A DNA stretch of 64,000 bases from Lysobacterales bacterium (GTDB taxonomy: Bacteria; Pseudomonadota; Gammaproteobacteria; Xanthomonadales; Rhodanobacteraceae): contig JADKJL010000008.1 of assembly GCA_016721015.1 (NCBI GenBank), positions 32,472-96,471 on the forward strand. Reading direction: 5' to 3'. Below are positions 50,173 through 61,291 of the stretch, in pieces. Both the position numbers and the translations under genes were made by a program. The notes under the pieces are model-generated. The model made no database searches. It was given only the letters and a program-made list of their open reading frames with translations, and was not told where the DNA came from. The number at the start of each line of letters is the position of its first letter. Position 1 is the first letter of the stretch.

Positions 50173-51486
50173 CTATTCAAATCCATTGCTGAAAATTCGA
50201 TCAGTCACCGCACCGTACTCGTATGCGCCGACATCGCATCTGACTCCGAACGGGCGAGATCCTCCACGTTGGTCGTCAGGCAACGGGGTAAGATTCTCAT
50301 CGACGCAGCCGAGATTGTCGTACGTGCTGTCGATCGCCTGACTACCCGGCAGGAGCGCGTGCGTCCAGGTTGAACCGCCATTGTCTTGCAATGGGCCGAT
50401 CGTGCTCGGCGTGATCAAGCCGTGGCTGGAAGCGCCATTGCCGCTGAAAGAGCAAAACGCGCCGTCATCCCCAAACAGGTTCCAGCCGTAGACTTCGAGG
50501 ATGCCTTGGCAATCGTTTTCGTTGACATAGCCGGTGGCGTAGTTGGCCGCGATCAGTGAATTGACGACCAGGGAACGCGAACCGGATTCGGCGTAGATCC
50601 CGCCGCCGCTCCCACCCGTCTGGTCGTGATCGTCGTCGGCGTCGTTGTCGACAATCGTCGAGTTGTAGATGAACGTGGCAATTCGGCTGTAGATTCCGCC
50701 GCCATTGTCATCAGCCGTATTTGCACTGACCGTGCTGTTGACGACAAACAGTTGATCACCGTCGTTGTAGATTCCACCGCCTTGGTAGGCATGATTGTCA
50801 CTTACCGTGCTCGCGAGAATCTCGACGCGATTGCCGATGCCGAACGTATCGATACCACCCCCTTCGTGGGCGTCGTTCGAGCGGATCGTGCTCGACTTGA
50901 CCAGCAGGGCACCCTGAAAGTTATCGATCCCACCACCATACGTGTGGGCGGTGTTGTTCTCAACGATGCTTCTGAACAGGGTCAGATCACCCTCATTTCG
51001 AATACCGCCGCCGCTAAACGGACTGTTGCCGCCGCGAATCGTGACGTGGGAAATTGTGGCTGGGCGTCCTTGCGCAATGGCGAAGACGCTGCCCACGTGA
51101 TTGGCGTCGATGATTGTGCTTGCCGCGGACTGGCCAAGGATGACGATCCGTTGACCGGCAATCAGCGCCGTCGTCAGATTGAGATCGCCCACTGCTTCAT
51201 CGTCAACAGCCCCGAATGGCACGGGGATAGACAGCACGTAGTTGCCTGCCGGCAGATTGATGATGGCGTACTCGGGATTGCTCCAGTGATTGGCTTGCGT
51301 GATTGCCGCGCGCAGTGAACAGGTGCCAGCGCTTGTGTGACATAGCCCATCATTGGTGTTGTCATCGGCCAGATCGAGAACGGTGTTGACGATGAACGTG
51401 ACATCGGCACGTGCAGAACCGGCACCGAGAACAACCAGCACGATCCATGCGGCAGCCATCCGTCTGAAAACGATCGGGGCGTTCAT
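50173..51486 (-). CDS. Paralogue of the preceding CSLREA/GGGI-repeat beta-helix protein; ends in DRIFSNGFE
   Basis: Signal peptide MNAPIVFRRMAAAWIVLVVLGAGSARA. DGLCHTSAGTCSLRAAITQAN, GGGI repeats and CDVGAYEYG. It lies 84 nt upstream of its paralogue. Confidence 0.75.
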   Translation of the reverse strand: MNAPIVFRRMAAAWIVLVVLGAGSARADVTFIVNTVLDLADDNTNDGLCHTSAGTCSLRAAITQANHWSNPEYAIINLPAGNYVLSIPVPFGAVDDEAVGDLNLTTALIAGQRIVILGQSAASTIIDANHVGSVFAIAQGRPATISHVTIRGGNSPFSGGGIRNEGDLTLFRSIVENNTAHTYGGGIDNFQGALLVKSSTIRSNDAHEGGGIDTFGIGNRVEILASTVSDNHAYQGGGIYNDGDQLFVVNSTVSANTADDNGGGIYSRIATFIYNSTIVDNDADDDHDQTGGSGGGIYAESGSRSLVVNSLIAANYATGYVNENDCQGILEVYGWNLFGDDGAFCSFSGNGASSHGLITPSTIGPLQDNGGSTWTHALLPGSQAIDSTYDNLGCVDENLTPLPDDQRGGSRPFGVRCDVGAYEYGAVTDRIFSNGFE

Positions 51487-51631
51487 GCAATTGATTCCAT
51501 GGCCAAGGTTTCGGTTCCAGATTGGAAGCGCTGGCTGCGCGCGAGCGGCAAGGCAGCCGTGGGCTCTTCGATCCAGTGACTTAACAGGAAGCGGCGCCTG
51601 ATCCGGCCATCGCCAGCGGTATGATGCGCAG

Positions 51632-52213
51632 ATGAGCAGTCCCGACAGCGATTTGCCAAGTGATCCGACTGCGGCCTGGGATGACCTCTCACCCGCGTCG
51701 GTGCGCAGTCTGGCTGACCAGTTGATGCCGCTGTTCCATGACGATCTTCGTCGACTGGCTCACCGTGAACGCAGCCGGGTCAGTGCTGGCGAAACGCTGC
51801 AGACGACCGCCCTGGTCAATGAGGCCTACCTCAAATTGCGCGGTTCGAACGGCTGGAACACGGACGAGCACTTCCTTCGCGCTGCCGCGCTCGCCATGCG
51901 TCACGCGCTGGTCAATCACGCCGTGGCTCGTCTGGCGAGCAAGCGTGGCGATGGCGCGACTCATGTTTCAATTACCTCCGCTCTTGATGTGGCGATCGAG
52001 GACGACGCATCCATCGTCGCCCTGAACGAAGCGCTCGGCAGACTCGCGCGGGATTCACTGCGCCTCGCCCAAGTTGTGGAATGTCGCTATTTTGCCGGCT
52101 ACGATGATGCCGAGACGGCACTTGCACTGGGAATCTCGGAACGAACAGTACGCCGCGACTGGATCCTCGCCCGTGCCTGGCTGCATCGTGAATTGGCGCA
52201 GTCGACGCCTTGA
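51632..52213 (+). CDS. ECF-type sigma factor (Sigma70_ECF / TIGR02999-like, the kinase-associated class)
   Basis: LMPLFHDDLRRLAHRERSRV..GETLQTTALVNEAYLKL and the C-terminal region-4 HTH ALGISERTVRRDWILARAWL. Confidence 0.85.
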   Translation: MSSPDSDLPSDPTAAWDDLSPASVRSLADQLMPLFHDDLRRLAHRERSRVSAGETLQTTALVNEAYLKLRGSNGWNTDEHFLRAAALAMRHALVNHAVARLASKRGDGATHVSITSALDVAIEDDASIVALNEALGRLARDSLRLAQVVECRYFAGYDDAETALALGISERTVRRDWILARAWLHRELAQSTP

Positions 52214-52321
52214 AGCGATCGCCGCAACGTCGGCATCTGCGCATCCATTCACTGACGGGAATTTAAGTCCATGACTTCGGCTCTGTGGATGCATGCGGTG
52301 GTGCAACGCGCCTGCACGTCG

Positions 52322-55004
52322 TCAGCTCTGGTCGAACTCCATGCGGGCGCGCAGCAGGCTGGCACGCTGCCGGCTGATATCGCCTTGGGTGTTGGTCAGC
52401 GCGTGCTCAGCATTCTCAAGCAAGCGTCCCGCCTCCTCACGCTTCCCCTGTCCAAGCAGACAGTGAACAAGTTCGGCCGCGCTCTCGATTGCGCGTCGAT
52501 CGTTCGCACCAAATTCGCTGGACAGGCGGGCCAACGCCGCTCTCAACGGCGGCTCCGCCTCTGCAAAGCGATGCTGTGCGGAAAGCGCCTTGCCCAGACC
52601 AAGGTGAGCGGCCTCAGCATAGATGTGCCGACCGTCTCCGATCTGCGCGAACGTCGCAAGCGCTGCACGATAATCGTGCTCGGAACCTTTTGCATCGCCG
52701 GCGGCCAGTTGCACGTCGGCGAGGGCAGTAATGCTGACAGCCGTGTAGACATGCTGGGGTCCGAGGGTTTTTTCGTAAATCTCTTTTGCTTGTCGGAGTG
52801 CCGCGATCGCTGCCTGAGGATCCCCGGAAGCTCCGAGGGTCTGCCCGAGACCGGTCAGCGCGACTGCTACATAGCTGTGGTCGCGCCCATAGTTTTGTTC
52901 ATAGAGTTCGACACACTCGCGGAAGACCGGAATCGCCGCCTTGGAAATCACCACTTTGGCGCAACGCGGACGCCAACTGATGCAGTGCGTTGGCAAGGTT
53001 AGGATGATGGTCGCCGTAAAGTTGTCGGACGGACTGCGCATTCTTCCTCAGCAGGGGCACCACCTCGTCAAAGCGCCCGAGCGAGGTCAGGATCGTGCCG
53101 AGTCGTTCGCGCAGAGTCAGTAACGTGCTGGAGCTTTCCTGGGCTTGCGATCCGAGCAGGGCCAGCGCTTCGCGCAAGGGCTGCTCCGCTTCCGCGATAT
53201 GTCCGTCCTCATACACATAGTAGCCACGTGTCGAAAGCGCTTCGGCAAGCTCGGCAACATTCGGCGACGGGAGCCGACGCAAGGCTGCAATGCACTGGTC
53301 GATCCAGATGATGGCCAGCGCATAATTGCCGCGTTCGCTTTCGAGGGCTGAGCGAGTGCTCAACAAGACCGCCCGGAGTTCGAGCGCATCATTCGGATGC
53401 ATCGCCATGGCGGCCGACGCTTCGTCAAGCAGCGCTTGCGCGGCATCGAAGCGTTGCGCGGAAATATCCGCGCGTGCCATGTCGACTTGCGCCTCGATGC
53501 GGCGCACGTCATCGCGAGCATAGGCGAGATCGGCCTGGGCCAGACGCAGCTTGAGCAACTCCTCACCTCGCGGGTTCTCGCCGAGCGCGCGATAGAGTTT
53601 TCCGCTCACGCCGAGCAACTCGATGCGTGTGTCGGTGTCGTCCGCGAAGCCGAGCTCGATCCGGCGAGCGCCGACATCAACAAGTTCCCGCGCAGTCATT
53701 TGGTGGCTGTTGCCAGCCTCGGGATCATTCTGGCGAAACAAGTCGATGACGAAGTTGCGCACGACGTCGGCACGCGCGAGCGCCTTGCCGGTCTCGATTC
53801 TCGCCTTGTTTGCGTAGAGCACGGCAGCGCTGAGCGCCAGAACAAGCACACCCAGGCCGGTTATCGGCAGCCAGTGTCGGCGCAGAAAGCGCGCGGCCAC
53901 GTAGGTCCGCACACCGCTTCGCGCAAGCACGGGCTGATAGTGCAGATGCCGATCAATATCGCGCTTCAGGCCGACCACCGTATCGTAGCGATGCGTCGGT
54001 TCCCGGCGCAGGCATCGCCCAACAATGGCATCAAGATCGCCCTTGAGCCGTCGCGTGGCGACCGGTGCGGAGGGATTCGATGCGGCAACGCGACTCGGCG
54101 AAGGAGGGTCGCGTTCGACGACACGCTTGAGCATCTGCGCAGTCGGCAAACCGCGGGTGCGCACCGGTCGATCGCCGGTCAACAGCTCGAACAGGAGTAT
54201 GCCCAGCGCATAGATATCGGTGCTGGTCGTCACCGGCTCGCCGCTGAATTGCTCAGGCGCCGCATAGTCCGGCGTGAACGGTGCGACCGTATGCTCGACT
54301 TCGCCTGGCAAGGCTGCCATGTCGATCAACTTGGCGATGCCGAAATCGAGCAGCTTCACGCTTCCATCTGCCGTGACGAGGATGTTGTCCGGCTTGAGAT
54401 CGCGGTGAATGATCAGGTTGCGATGGGCAAAGGCCACCGCATCGCATACCTGCATGAACAAGGCGAGTCGTTCGTGCAGGTTGGCGCGACGCTCGCGGCA
54501 GAATCGGGTAAGACTGACGCCCTCGACGTACTCCATGACCGTGTAGGGGCGACCGTCGGCGGTCGTGCCGCCATCCAGCAAGCGCGCGATCCCGGGATGT
54601 TCAAGGCGAGCAAGGAACTGTCGCTCCGCGTGAAAGCGCTCGATCTGGGTAGCCGCCTCCTGGCGCAGCAGCTTGAGCGCCGCCCGTTGCTCGAACGCCG
54701 CGTCGACACGGGAAGCCTCATAGACCTCACCCATGCCGCCGCGACCGATCAGTCGATCGACTTTCCAGACACCGAGGCAAGTACCGGCGGCGAGCGAAGG
54801 CGGCATTTCCGGGGCGGCAACGGGCGCCGGTGCCTTGTCGAGCGGACCCAGCGATTCGTGGGCGTCCAACAGCGACTCGATCTCGACGCGGAGGTCAGAG
54901 TCATCCGCACAATGTCGTGCGAGAAACGCGCCACGCTCTGCCGGCGGCCGCGATAGCGTCTCGGAAAAAAGGCTTTCAAGCCGTACCCAACGTTCCGACT
55001 GCAT
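52322..55004 (-). pseudogene. Ser/Thr protein kinase with TM segment and TPR-like C-terminal domain; reading frame broken near 52940-52955
   Basis: The kinase motifs HRDLKPDNILV, DFGIAK and APE are intact, and the TM segment is WLPITGLGVLVLALSAAVLYA. ORF 52899..55286 ends ...LRQSGDFQGGDSGLPRVCRTL*. The overlapping frame (52322..53041) continues the TPR pattern (...KAAIPVFRECVELYEQNYGRDH...). The fused length would be ~894 aa, against 911 aa for the intact paralogue. This could be a true frameshift or a sequencing error. Confidence 0.7.
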
Positions 55005-55229
55005 CGACCAGACCCTGTTCCCCCAGCAGAATGAATTGTGCGCCCGAATGGGCCACCGGCAAACTGGAAAGTGACAAAGGAAACCCGGCAAATCGGCTGG
55101 TCCGCCGATTGGCGAATCAGGGTTTCCAATGGAGCCTCCTCGGGAAAGCATTGCGAGAACATTCCATTTCCCGCAGCAGTTGCTTTGCGGGGGGATTACC
55201 GATGCCTGGGAGCTCGTGTACTCTGAGTA

Positions 55230-55838
55230 TTGAACCGGTTCCGGATTTCCCGTCCTTTGACGAAGGCAACTTCGAGCGATACGCAAGTGTCCGTATCCGG
55301 CCTATCCGGATCGGCTGCCGCATCTGACGAGCAGGTCGATCATTTGTTCGCCGCGGTTTACGCCGAGTTGCGCCAATCCGCGCATCGAATGCGTCGCCTG
55401 CAACGCGGCGACACGCTCAACACCACATTGTTGGTGCATGAGCTGTATCTGCGCTTCAAGAAGAGTGACAGCGCGCGATTCGAATCGACCCCGCAGTTTT
55501 TCGCCTATGCCGCGCGTGCCCTTCGATCCATCATGGTCGATCATGCGCGCAGCAGGATCGCCGAACGCGAACGCATCTCCGATATGACCATGCTTGCCAT
55601 TCTGGATGCAGAAACACCGGCGCTGTCGCCGAACCAGGCTCTGGCCTTGAACGATGCCCTGCAGCAACTCGAACAGGACGACGCGCGTGCGGCAAAAGTG
55701 GTGGAGCTGCACTTTTTTGCCGGACTGAGTTTGCCCGAGGTGGCCAGGCATCTCGAGCTCACCACGCGTACGATTGATCGTGACTGGCGCTATGCCCGTG
55801 CGTTTCTGCAAAGCGTGTTGGGAGACAGCTCGCACTGA
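55230..55838 (+). CDS. ECF-type sigma factor (same class as 51632..52213)
   Basis: DHLFAAVYAELRQSAHRMRRLQRGDTLNTTLLVHELYLRF and the region-4 HTH HLELTTRTIDRDWRYARAFL. The start is uncertain, since the N-terminal 30 aa look non-canonical. Confidence 0.8.
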   Translation: MNRFRISRPLTKATSSDTQVSVSGLSGSAAASDEQVDHLFAAVYAELRQSAHRMRRLQRGDTLNTTLLVHELYLRFKKSDSARFESTPQFFAYAARALRSIMVDHARSRIAERERISDMTMLAILDAETPALSPNQALALNDALQQLEQDDARAAKVVELHFFAGLSLPEVARHLELTTRTIDRDWRYARAFLQSVLGDSSH

Positions 55839-55951
55839 CCGTTCAGTCGGGCTGGCCGCTCCATGTCGTGTTTTTCCGCTACGGGCCGTTGGTTGCATTG
55901 AATTCCACCTGCGCGATTGCGCAACGACAACGATCTTTCAGGCATTGATGG

Positions 55952-58687
55952 ATGACCGCAAACACCCCGGGCTCGAAAGTACGCGAACTGTTTGATGGCG
56001 CGCTTGAGATCGATGCAGCAGATCGTGCCGCATGGTTGATCAGGCAAACGGATGATTCAGTGCTACGTGCGCGAGTGCAGGCCCTGCTGGATGCCGAGCG
56101 CACCCCGAGCCATTTGCTTGATCAACCGTTTGCGGAAAAACTGTCCGGCATCCTGTCGACACCTGCCCACGATTTGTCCACTCATGCGATAACCGCAAGT
56201 TCCATGATCGGACAGCGCATCGGTGCCTACGTCATCACACGGTTGATTGGTCAGGGCGGCATGGCGAGCGTGTTCGAGGCCCAGCGCAGTGACGGCAGCT
56301 ACAGTCAATCGGTCGCCATAAAACTGCTGCGTCGAACCTTGCATACTGAATTGGAGCTGCGATTGTTCCAGCGCGAGCAACAGGCGCTGGCAGCGCTCGA
56401 ACATCCGAATATCGCCAGACTACTCGACGGTGGAATCACTGATTCGGGTGCGCCTTACCTGGTCATGGAACGAGTACACGGCACGGATCTGTTGCGTTTC
56501 GTGCAGGGCAGGAATCTGCCGTTGCGGGAACGCTTGAGCCTGTTTGTCCAGATCTGTGATGCGGTAAACGCCGCCCATCGCGCCTTGATCGTGCACCGGG
56601 ACATCAAACCCGCCAATATCCTTGTTACCGATGAGGGCGTGGTCAAGCTGCTGGATTTCGGTATCGCCAAGATCCTGAATGAGGATGCCGCCGCTGCGCC
56701 GACGACCTACGCGCCGATGACGCCCGAGTATGCAGCGCCCGAGCAGTTCGATGGCCGCACCATTACTACCGCAACCGATGTGTATGGATTGGGCGTCGTG
56801 CTGCATGAAGCGCTCACCGGCTCCCGGCCCAAGCGCGGCGATACCCGCCGTGCCTCGGATGCAATCACCGCACATGCCACTCAAATGCCGCCCACTACGG
56901 CAAGAAACACCGGTGAGCTCAAGCGCTTCCTGCGCGGCGATATCGACAATGTCCTGCGCCAGGCACTGGCCATCGAACCCAACCTGCGCTACTCCTCCGC
57001 TGGCGATCTGGCCGCCGATCTGCGCCGATTTCTCGACGGCCAACCTGTCCAGGCGCATCCGCCGAGCGGTTGGTATCGGACCCGAAAGTTTGTCGGCAGA
57101 AACCGCCTGGCTGTTGCCCTCTGTGGTGCCTTGCTTCTGGGCCTGCTCGCCAGCTTGAGCGTTGCGCTGCAGCAGGCACGGGAAGCCATGCGTCAGACTG
57201 CCGTTGCGCTCAGCGCGGAAGCTGATAGCAGGGCTGAGCTGGCCCACGCGACCAGCTTGCGCGATTTTCTGGAAGCCCTGTTTGAGCCGGTACGCGTCGG
57301 CATCGCAGAGGGAAAAGCCCCGACAGTCAGGGAACTGGTTGTTGCGGGTGAAACGCAGCTTCGTGAAAACACGAGATTGGCTGCGCCGGCGCGCGTTGAA
57401 ATGTTGTCGTTCTTCGCGTTTCTGCACGAGAGTATCGGCGAGCTTCCCAGCGCCAGACGATTGGCGACAGAATCCGTCGAGTTGGCAGAGAGAACCCTGA
57501 CGAAGGAAGATCCACGTTACTCGGCAGCGCTCGCGATGCGCGGTTTCACTGCCGTGCGCATGGAAGACTACCTGGCGGCCGAAGCTGATCTGCGTATCGC
57601 CTTGCCATTGATGAAAAAAACAGGACAGCGCGGCTGGGCGCTCGCCAATGCGATGCAGGCAATGAGTTCGATTGAAAACATCAATGGACACCCAGAGAAA
57701 TCATTGGAGTATGCCAAGGGCGATCTTGCTGAACGCATTTTCGCCTTCGGCGCCAGCGACCGCCGAGTCGGCGTTGGCTACAACAACATCGCCGATGCAC
57801 TTGAGGCGATGGGGCAATATCGGCAGTCCATCGTCGCGTACGAATCCGCGTACGAAATCCAGTCGGCACGACTCGGTCCGGACAGTGCGGAAACTACCCT
57901 CGCGCTGGCTGGTCTGGCATCCAGTTATTGGCGAGCCGGTCAGTGGCGGCATGCGCGCCGCTTGTTCCAACAAGCCTCGGAACGCTTCGACCGAGTCGGT
58001 GGAAAAGCACAGATCGTTCAAATATATGCAGTCGTCAAGCTTTGCATGCTTGAGCATTGGCTGGCGCATGCTGCCGAAGCCGAGCAGGCATGCGCCAAGG
58101 CACGTACGCTGACGGCGGCATCGCTGGGTCGCAACAGCGCGTCCTGGGGCGATATTGAAAGCGCGGAATTCGAGGGGGATCTTGAGCTTGGCGATTTGCC
58201 CAAGGCCCATGCCGCTTACCTGCTTGCCAACGCGTTGTATCCGCCCACTGTTGCGAATCGACTTCGTCGTGGGCGATTGCAATCGTCCTATGCCGAATGG
58301 CTGATGCGCCAGGGTCGCTGGGATGAGGCCAGGAAACTCTTGCCTGAAGCGATCAGCGATATCCAGGCGCGACCACACAAGATTCCCCTGTTGCTGGCCC
58401 AGGCGCGACTGCTATTCGCCTGCCAAAAATCGGCGGGACCCGAGTGTTCGACGGGTTTGCGCGATGCTTATGAAGAAACCTTGGCTGCAGTTGCCGATCT
58501 CGATCATCCGCAAACACTCATTGCGGAAACCCTGATCGCGCAAATCGACCTGCCCATCGATAGCGCGAAAGCAAAGGCGCGGTTGCGCACGGTGATCGCC
58601 AGCGTCGAATCGGAGCTTGGGGCGATGCATCCGCGCATGCTGGCTGCCCGCGAAGTGTTGGCAAGTTCTCCTGGACAAGCCGAGTAG
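55952..58687 (+). CDS. Ser/Thr protein kinase with TM segment and TPR-like C-terminal domain
   Basis: RELFDGALEIDAADRAAWL leader. GQGGMASVFEA, AIKLL, HRDIKPANILV, DFGIAK and APE. TM segment LAVALCGALLLGLLASLSVAL. A long helical-repeat C-terminus. It lies 113 nt downstream of its ECF sigma gene. Confidence 0.85.
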   Translation: MTANTPGSKVRELFDGALEIDAADRAAWLIRQTDDSVLRARVQALLDAERTPSHLLDQPFAEKLSGILSTPAHDLSTHAITASSMIGQRIGAYVITRLIGQGGMASVFEAQRSDGSYSQSVAIKLLRRTLHTELELRLFQREQQALAALEHPNIARLLDGGITDSGAPYLVMERVHGTDLLRFVQGRNLPLRERLSLFVQICDAVNAAHRALIVHRDIKPANILVTDEGVVKLLDFGIAKILNEDAAAAPTTYAPMTPEYAAPEQFDGRTITTATDVYGLGVVLHEALTGSRPKRGDTRRASDAITAHATQMPPTTARNTGELKRFLRGDIDNVLRQALAIEPNLRYSSAGDLAADLRRFLDGQPVQAHPPSGWYRTRKFVGRNRLAVALCGALLLGLLASLSVALQQAREAMRQTAVALSAEADSRAELAHATSLRDFLEALFEPVRVGIAEGKAPTVRELVVAGETQLRENTRLAAPARVEMLSFFAFLHESIGELPSARRLATESVELAERTLTKEDPRYSAALAMRGFTAVRMEDYLAAEADLRIALPLMKKTGQRGWALANAMQAMSSIENINGHPEKSLEYAKGDLAERIFAFGASDRRVGVGYNNIADALEAMGQYRQSIVAYESAYEIQSARLGPDSAETTLALAGLASSYWRAGQWRHARRLFQQASERFDRVGGKAQIVQIYAVVKLCMLEHWLAHAAEAEQACAKARTLTAASLGRNSASWGDIESAEFEGDLELGDLPKAHAAYLLANALYPPTVANRLRRGRLQSSYAEWLMRQGRWDEARKLLPEAISDIQARPHKIPLLLAQARLLFACQKSAGPECSTGLRDAYEETLAAVADLDHPQTLIAETLIAQIDLPIDSAKAKARLRTVIASVESELGAMHPRMLAAREVLASSPGQAE

Positions 58688-58805
58688 CGCGAAGTCCGCT
58701 GAATGCCGGCGCATCCTCGCGCCTGCTCTTTCCAACAACGATGTCGTGTTTTCGCCCGCGGCTCCGTTTGTTCACGCACCAGCCCTGAACAGCGAGTGTG
58801 TGCTC

Positions 58806-61124
58806 ATGCGTATTGTTTGCGTTTTTTTTCTCCTGATCTGCCACAGCCAGGCCATGGCCGCGATTTTCACGGTGGGCGGCGCGGTCAACTGCACCCACAA
58901 CACGATTCAAGGCGCGGTCAATGCTGCAGCAGTCAATCCAGGGGCAGATACACTGCGCATTGCCAACGCCGGCACCTACTTTGCCGAAGCGGTGACCATT
59001 GGCGCGCAGGATTTAGTCATCGACGGTGGATATGCCAACTGTGCCGACACCACACCCAGTGGTGGCAGCGCCGTGATCAGTGGCCAAGGCGGCGCTGCGG
59101 CCTCGGTGTTCTCGATCACCGGCGCGGGCAACCGGCGTTTTGAAAACCTCGGCATCACCCGCGGCGATGCACCGACCACAGGGCGCGGTGGTGGCATTCG
59201 CTTTGAAGGCAGCGGCTTATTGACGTTGCGCAACGTGACGGTTGCCATTAACCAGGCCGGCGCTGGCGGTGGCATCTATTTTCGCGGCGACGGCAATCTC
59301 GCCGAGTTGTTTTTGGATCTCGATACCTTCGTGATCCTCAACACGGCCACCGCGGTTGCTGGATTTGGCGGCGGCATCGCGGTAGTCAACACCGCACGTC
59401 TGCTGATGCTGCAAGACCGTACGCAAATTTCGAGCAACAGCGCGATTGGTGTAGACAGTGTTGGCGGTGGATTGGCGGTGTTTGGTGATGCCACGGCGGA
59501 CATCGGATCGCCGGGCTCAGGCGTAAATGGGGCGATCTACGACAATGAAGCGGGTTCCGGTGGTGGCATTGCGGTGGTGAACGACGCATCAGGTGGACCG
59601 TTCACGTCGGCGCGCCTGTTCACCACCGACGCTAACCGTCCGGTGCGTGTGCATGGCAACCGCGCCCGCCGCGTCGGAGGCGCCATTTTGGTCCGACCGT
59701 TTTACAACGAGATTAACGTTTACAACGCCGACGCCTGCGTTGAAAATGGTCGCATCGACAACAACACCGCCCAAGAAGGCGCTGCAATCTATGTTGATAC
59801 CGATGAGTCACTGTCGCAGCGAAACCTGGGCGGCACATTTAAGTTCAATGCGGGTTGCAGCGGCCTGGCTTTACCCGGCAGCATTCCTTGTAACCCCGGC
59901 GCCCCCTGCAACCGCATCGAAAACAACACCGCGCGAGATATCGTTAATAACGTCAACACGCCCGGCGCCGTGTTACTCGCGCAGATCAACGCCAATGTCA
60001 TCCTCAATAGGGTGGCGTTCAACAACAATACGGCGCGCTACGTCATTCGCTCCGTCGAAGCGCAGGCGCTGACGCTCAACAAATGTCTGGTCGCACAAAA
60101 CCAAGTCGCGAGCCATCTGATTTTTGCGGAAGCCGGTTCTGAGAACGTCGCCGTCACCAATTGCACGATCACCAATAACACCATGCCCACCGGTACAGCG
60201 GCGCGAATCGTGCTGCGCAATGGCAGCGGCCCGTTGGTGCTGAAATACAACCTGTTGTGGCAGCCGGGCAATCTTGCCTTGGCCTACGGTGGCAATGTCA
60301 GCACCTTGAATCCCGATATCGAATACAACATCACCAACTCGGTGACCAGTTTGCCGCCCAGTCCATGGAATCAATTTGCGCTTCCCCGTTTTGCTGATCC
60401 GGCGCGCGGCGATTTTCGTCAGCGGATCAGTTCACCCACGCTCGATGTGTTCCCGCCATTGGCCAACGTCGGCAATGACTACGACGGCCGTGCCTACGAT
60501 CAGGACCTGCGGCTGTGCCCCGTGGCCGGCACCCAGGTTATTCGCGATGCTGGCGCTTTCGAGCGGCAACGAAGTGACCCGTGGTTGGTCAACGGCGACT
60601 TTAATGGCGATCTCAATTTGTGGGCCGGCAACAACCCCGGCTTGACCAGCTACAGCACGTCCAACGCGGTGGGCAGCAGCGGCGGATCACTGGCGTTTAA
60701 TCGGGACGAATCGATTGGCAACACCACCCCGCGCTATAACGCCGGCGTGCAGTGTTTCAACGTGCCGGCACCCGCCGTCTATCGCCTCAGCGCGCACGGT
60801 CGCGCCGCAGGCAATATCTTGCTGAGTCGCGACCGACCGGTTATTCGTTGGCGGCTGCGTAACAACTCGGAAAATTGCGCCCAAGCCGACCCGATTGCCA
60901 CCGAGGGCGATCTATTCCTGCCGAACAATGCCGCATTTGCAGCGCCGCTTGCGCCAGCAGAAATCAACGTCACCGCGGCACAGTGGACGGCAAATACCAC
61001 CATCGAAGTGCGCCTCGACGTTGAGCCGGATTTTCTCGACCGACCGATTGATGCCGGATTCGACAAAGTCGAAATCAGCAGCCCGTGCAGCAATGATTTG
61101 ATCTTTGCCAATGGCTTTCAGTAG
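58806..61124 (+). CDS. Secreted GGGI-repeat beta-helix protein with C-terminal CBM-like jelly-roll; ends in DLIFANGFQ
   Basis: Signal peptide MRIVCVFFLLICHSQAMA, so the ORF-track start 58617 overlaps the kinase gene and is unlikely. AIFTVGGAVNCTH, repeated GGGI[RYA]F turns, DAGAFERQ, then WLVNGDFNGDLNLW. Confidence 0.8.
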   Translation: MRIVCVFFLLICHSQAMAAIFTVGGAVNCTHNTIQGAVNAAAVNPGADTLRIANAGTYFAEAVTIGAQDLVIDGGYANCADTTPSGGSAVISGQGGAAASVFSITGAGNRRFENLGITRGDAPTTGRGGGIRFEGSGLLTLRNVTVAINQAGAGGGIYFRGDGNLAELFLDLDTFVILNTATAVAGFGGGIAVVNTARLLMLQDRTQISSNSAIGVDSVGGGLAVFGDATADIGSPGSGVNGAIYDNEAGSGGGIAVVNDASGGPFTSARLFTTDANRPVRVHGNRARRVGGAILVRPFYNEINVYNADACVENGRIDNNTAQEGAAIYVDTDESLSQRNLGGTFKFNAGCSGLALPGSIPCNPGAPCNRIENNTARDIVNNVNTPGAVLLAQINANVILNRVAFNNNTARYVIRSVEAQALTLNKCLVAQNQVASHLIFAEAGSENVAVTNCTITNNTMPTGTAARIVLRNGSGPLVLKYNLLWQPGNLALAYGGNVSTLNPDIEYNITNSVTSLPPSPWNQFALPRFADPARGDFRQRISSPTLDVFPPLANVGNDYDGRAYDQDLRLCPVAGTQVIRDAGAFERQRSDPWLVNGDFNGDLNLWAGNNPGLTSYSTSNAVGSSGGSLAFNRDESIGNTTPRYNAGVQCFNVPAPAVYRLSAHGRAAGNILLSRDRPVIRWRLRNNSENCAQADPIATEGDLFLPNNAAFAAPLAPAEINVTAAQWTANTTIEVRLDVEPDFLDRPIDAGFDKVEISSPCSNDLIFANGFQ

Positions 61125-61291
61125 AGCGGTTCACAGCTGGCCGGGCGGGATGCCAGACCAAGCCTGCTTGTGCTGGCTATCCACTTTTTCTCGACTTTTT
61201 CTTACAACGCTCAAGGCTTGCAAAACAAATGTCGTGATTGTTCGCGCGGCTCCGTTAGTGAAGGAGCCAACCCCGAGCAGCGAACCCATCC

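Noticed and set aside
58617-58805. ORF-track start at 58617 for the 835-aa beta-helix protein
   Set aside because: It would overlap the end of the kinase gene by 71 nt and add 63 non-signal residues. The Met at 58806 is followed immediately by a canonical signal peptide, and the conserved upstream block lies within 58741-58778.
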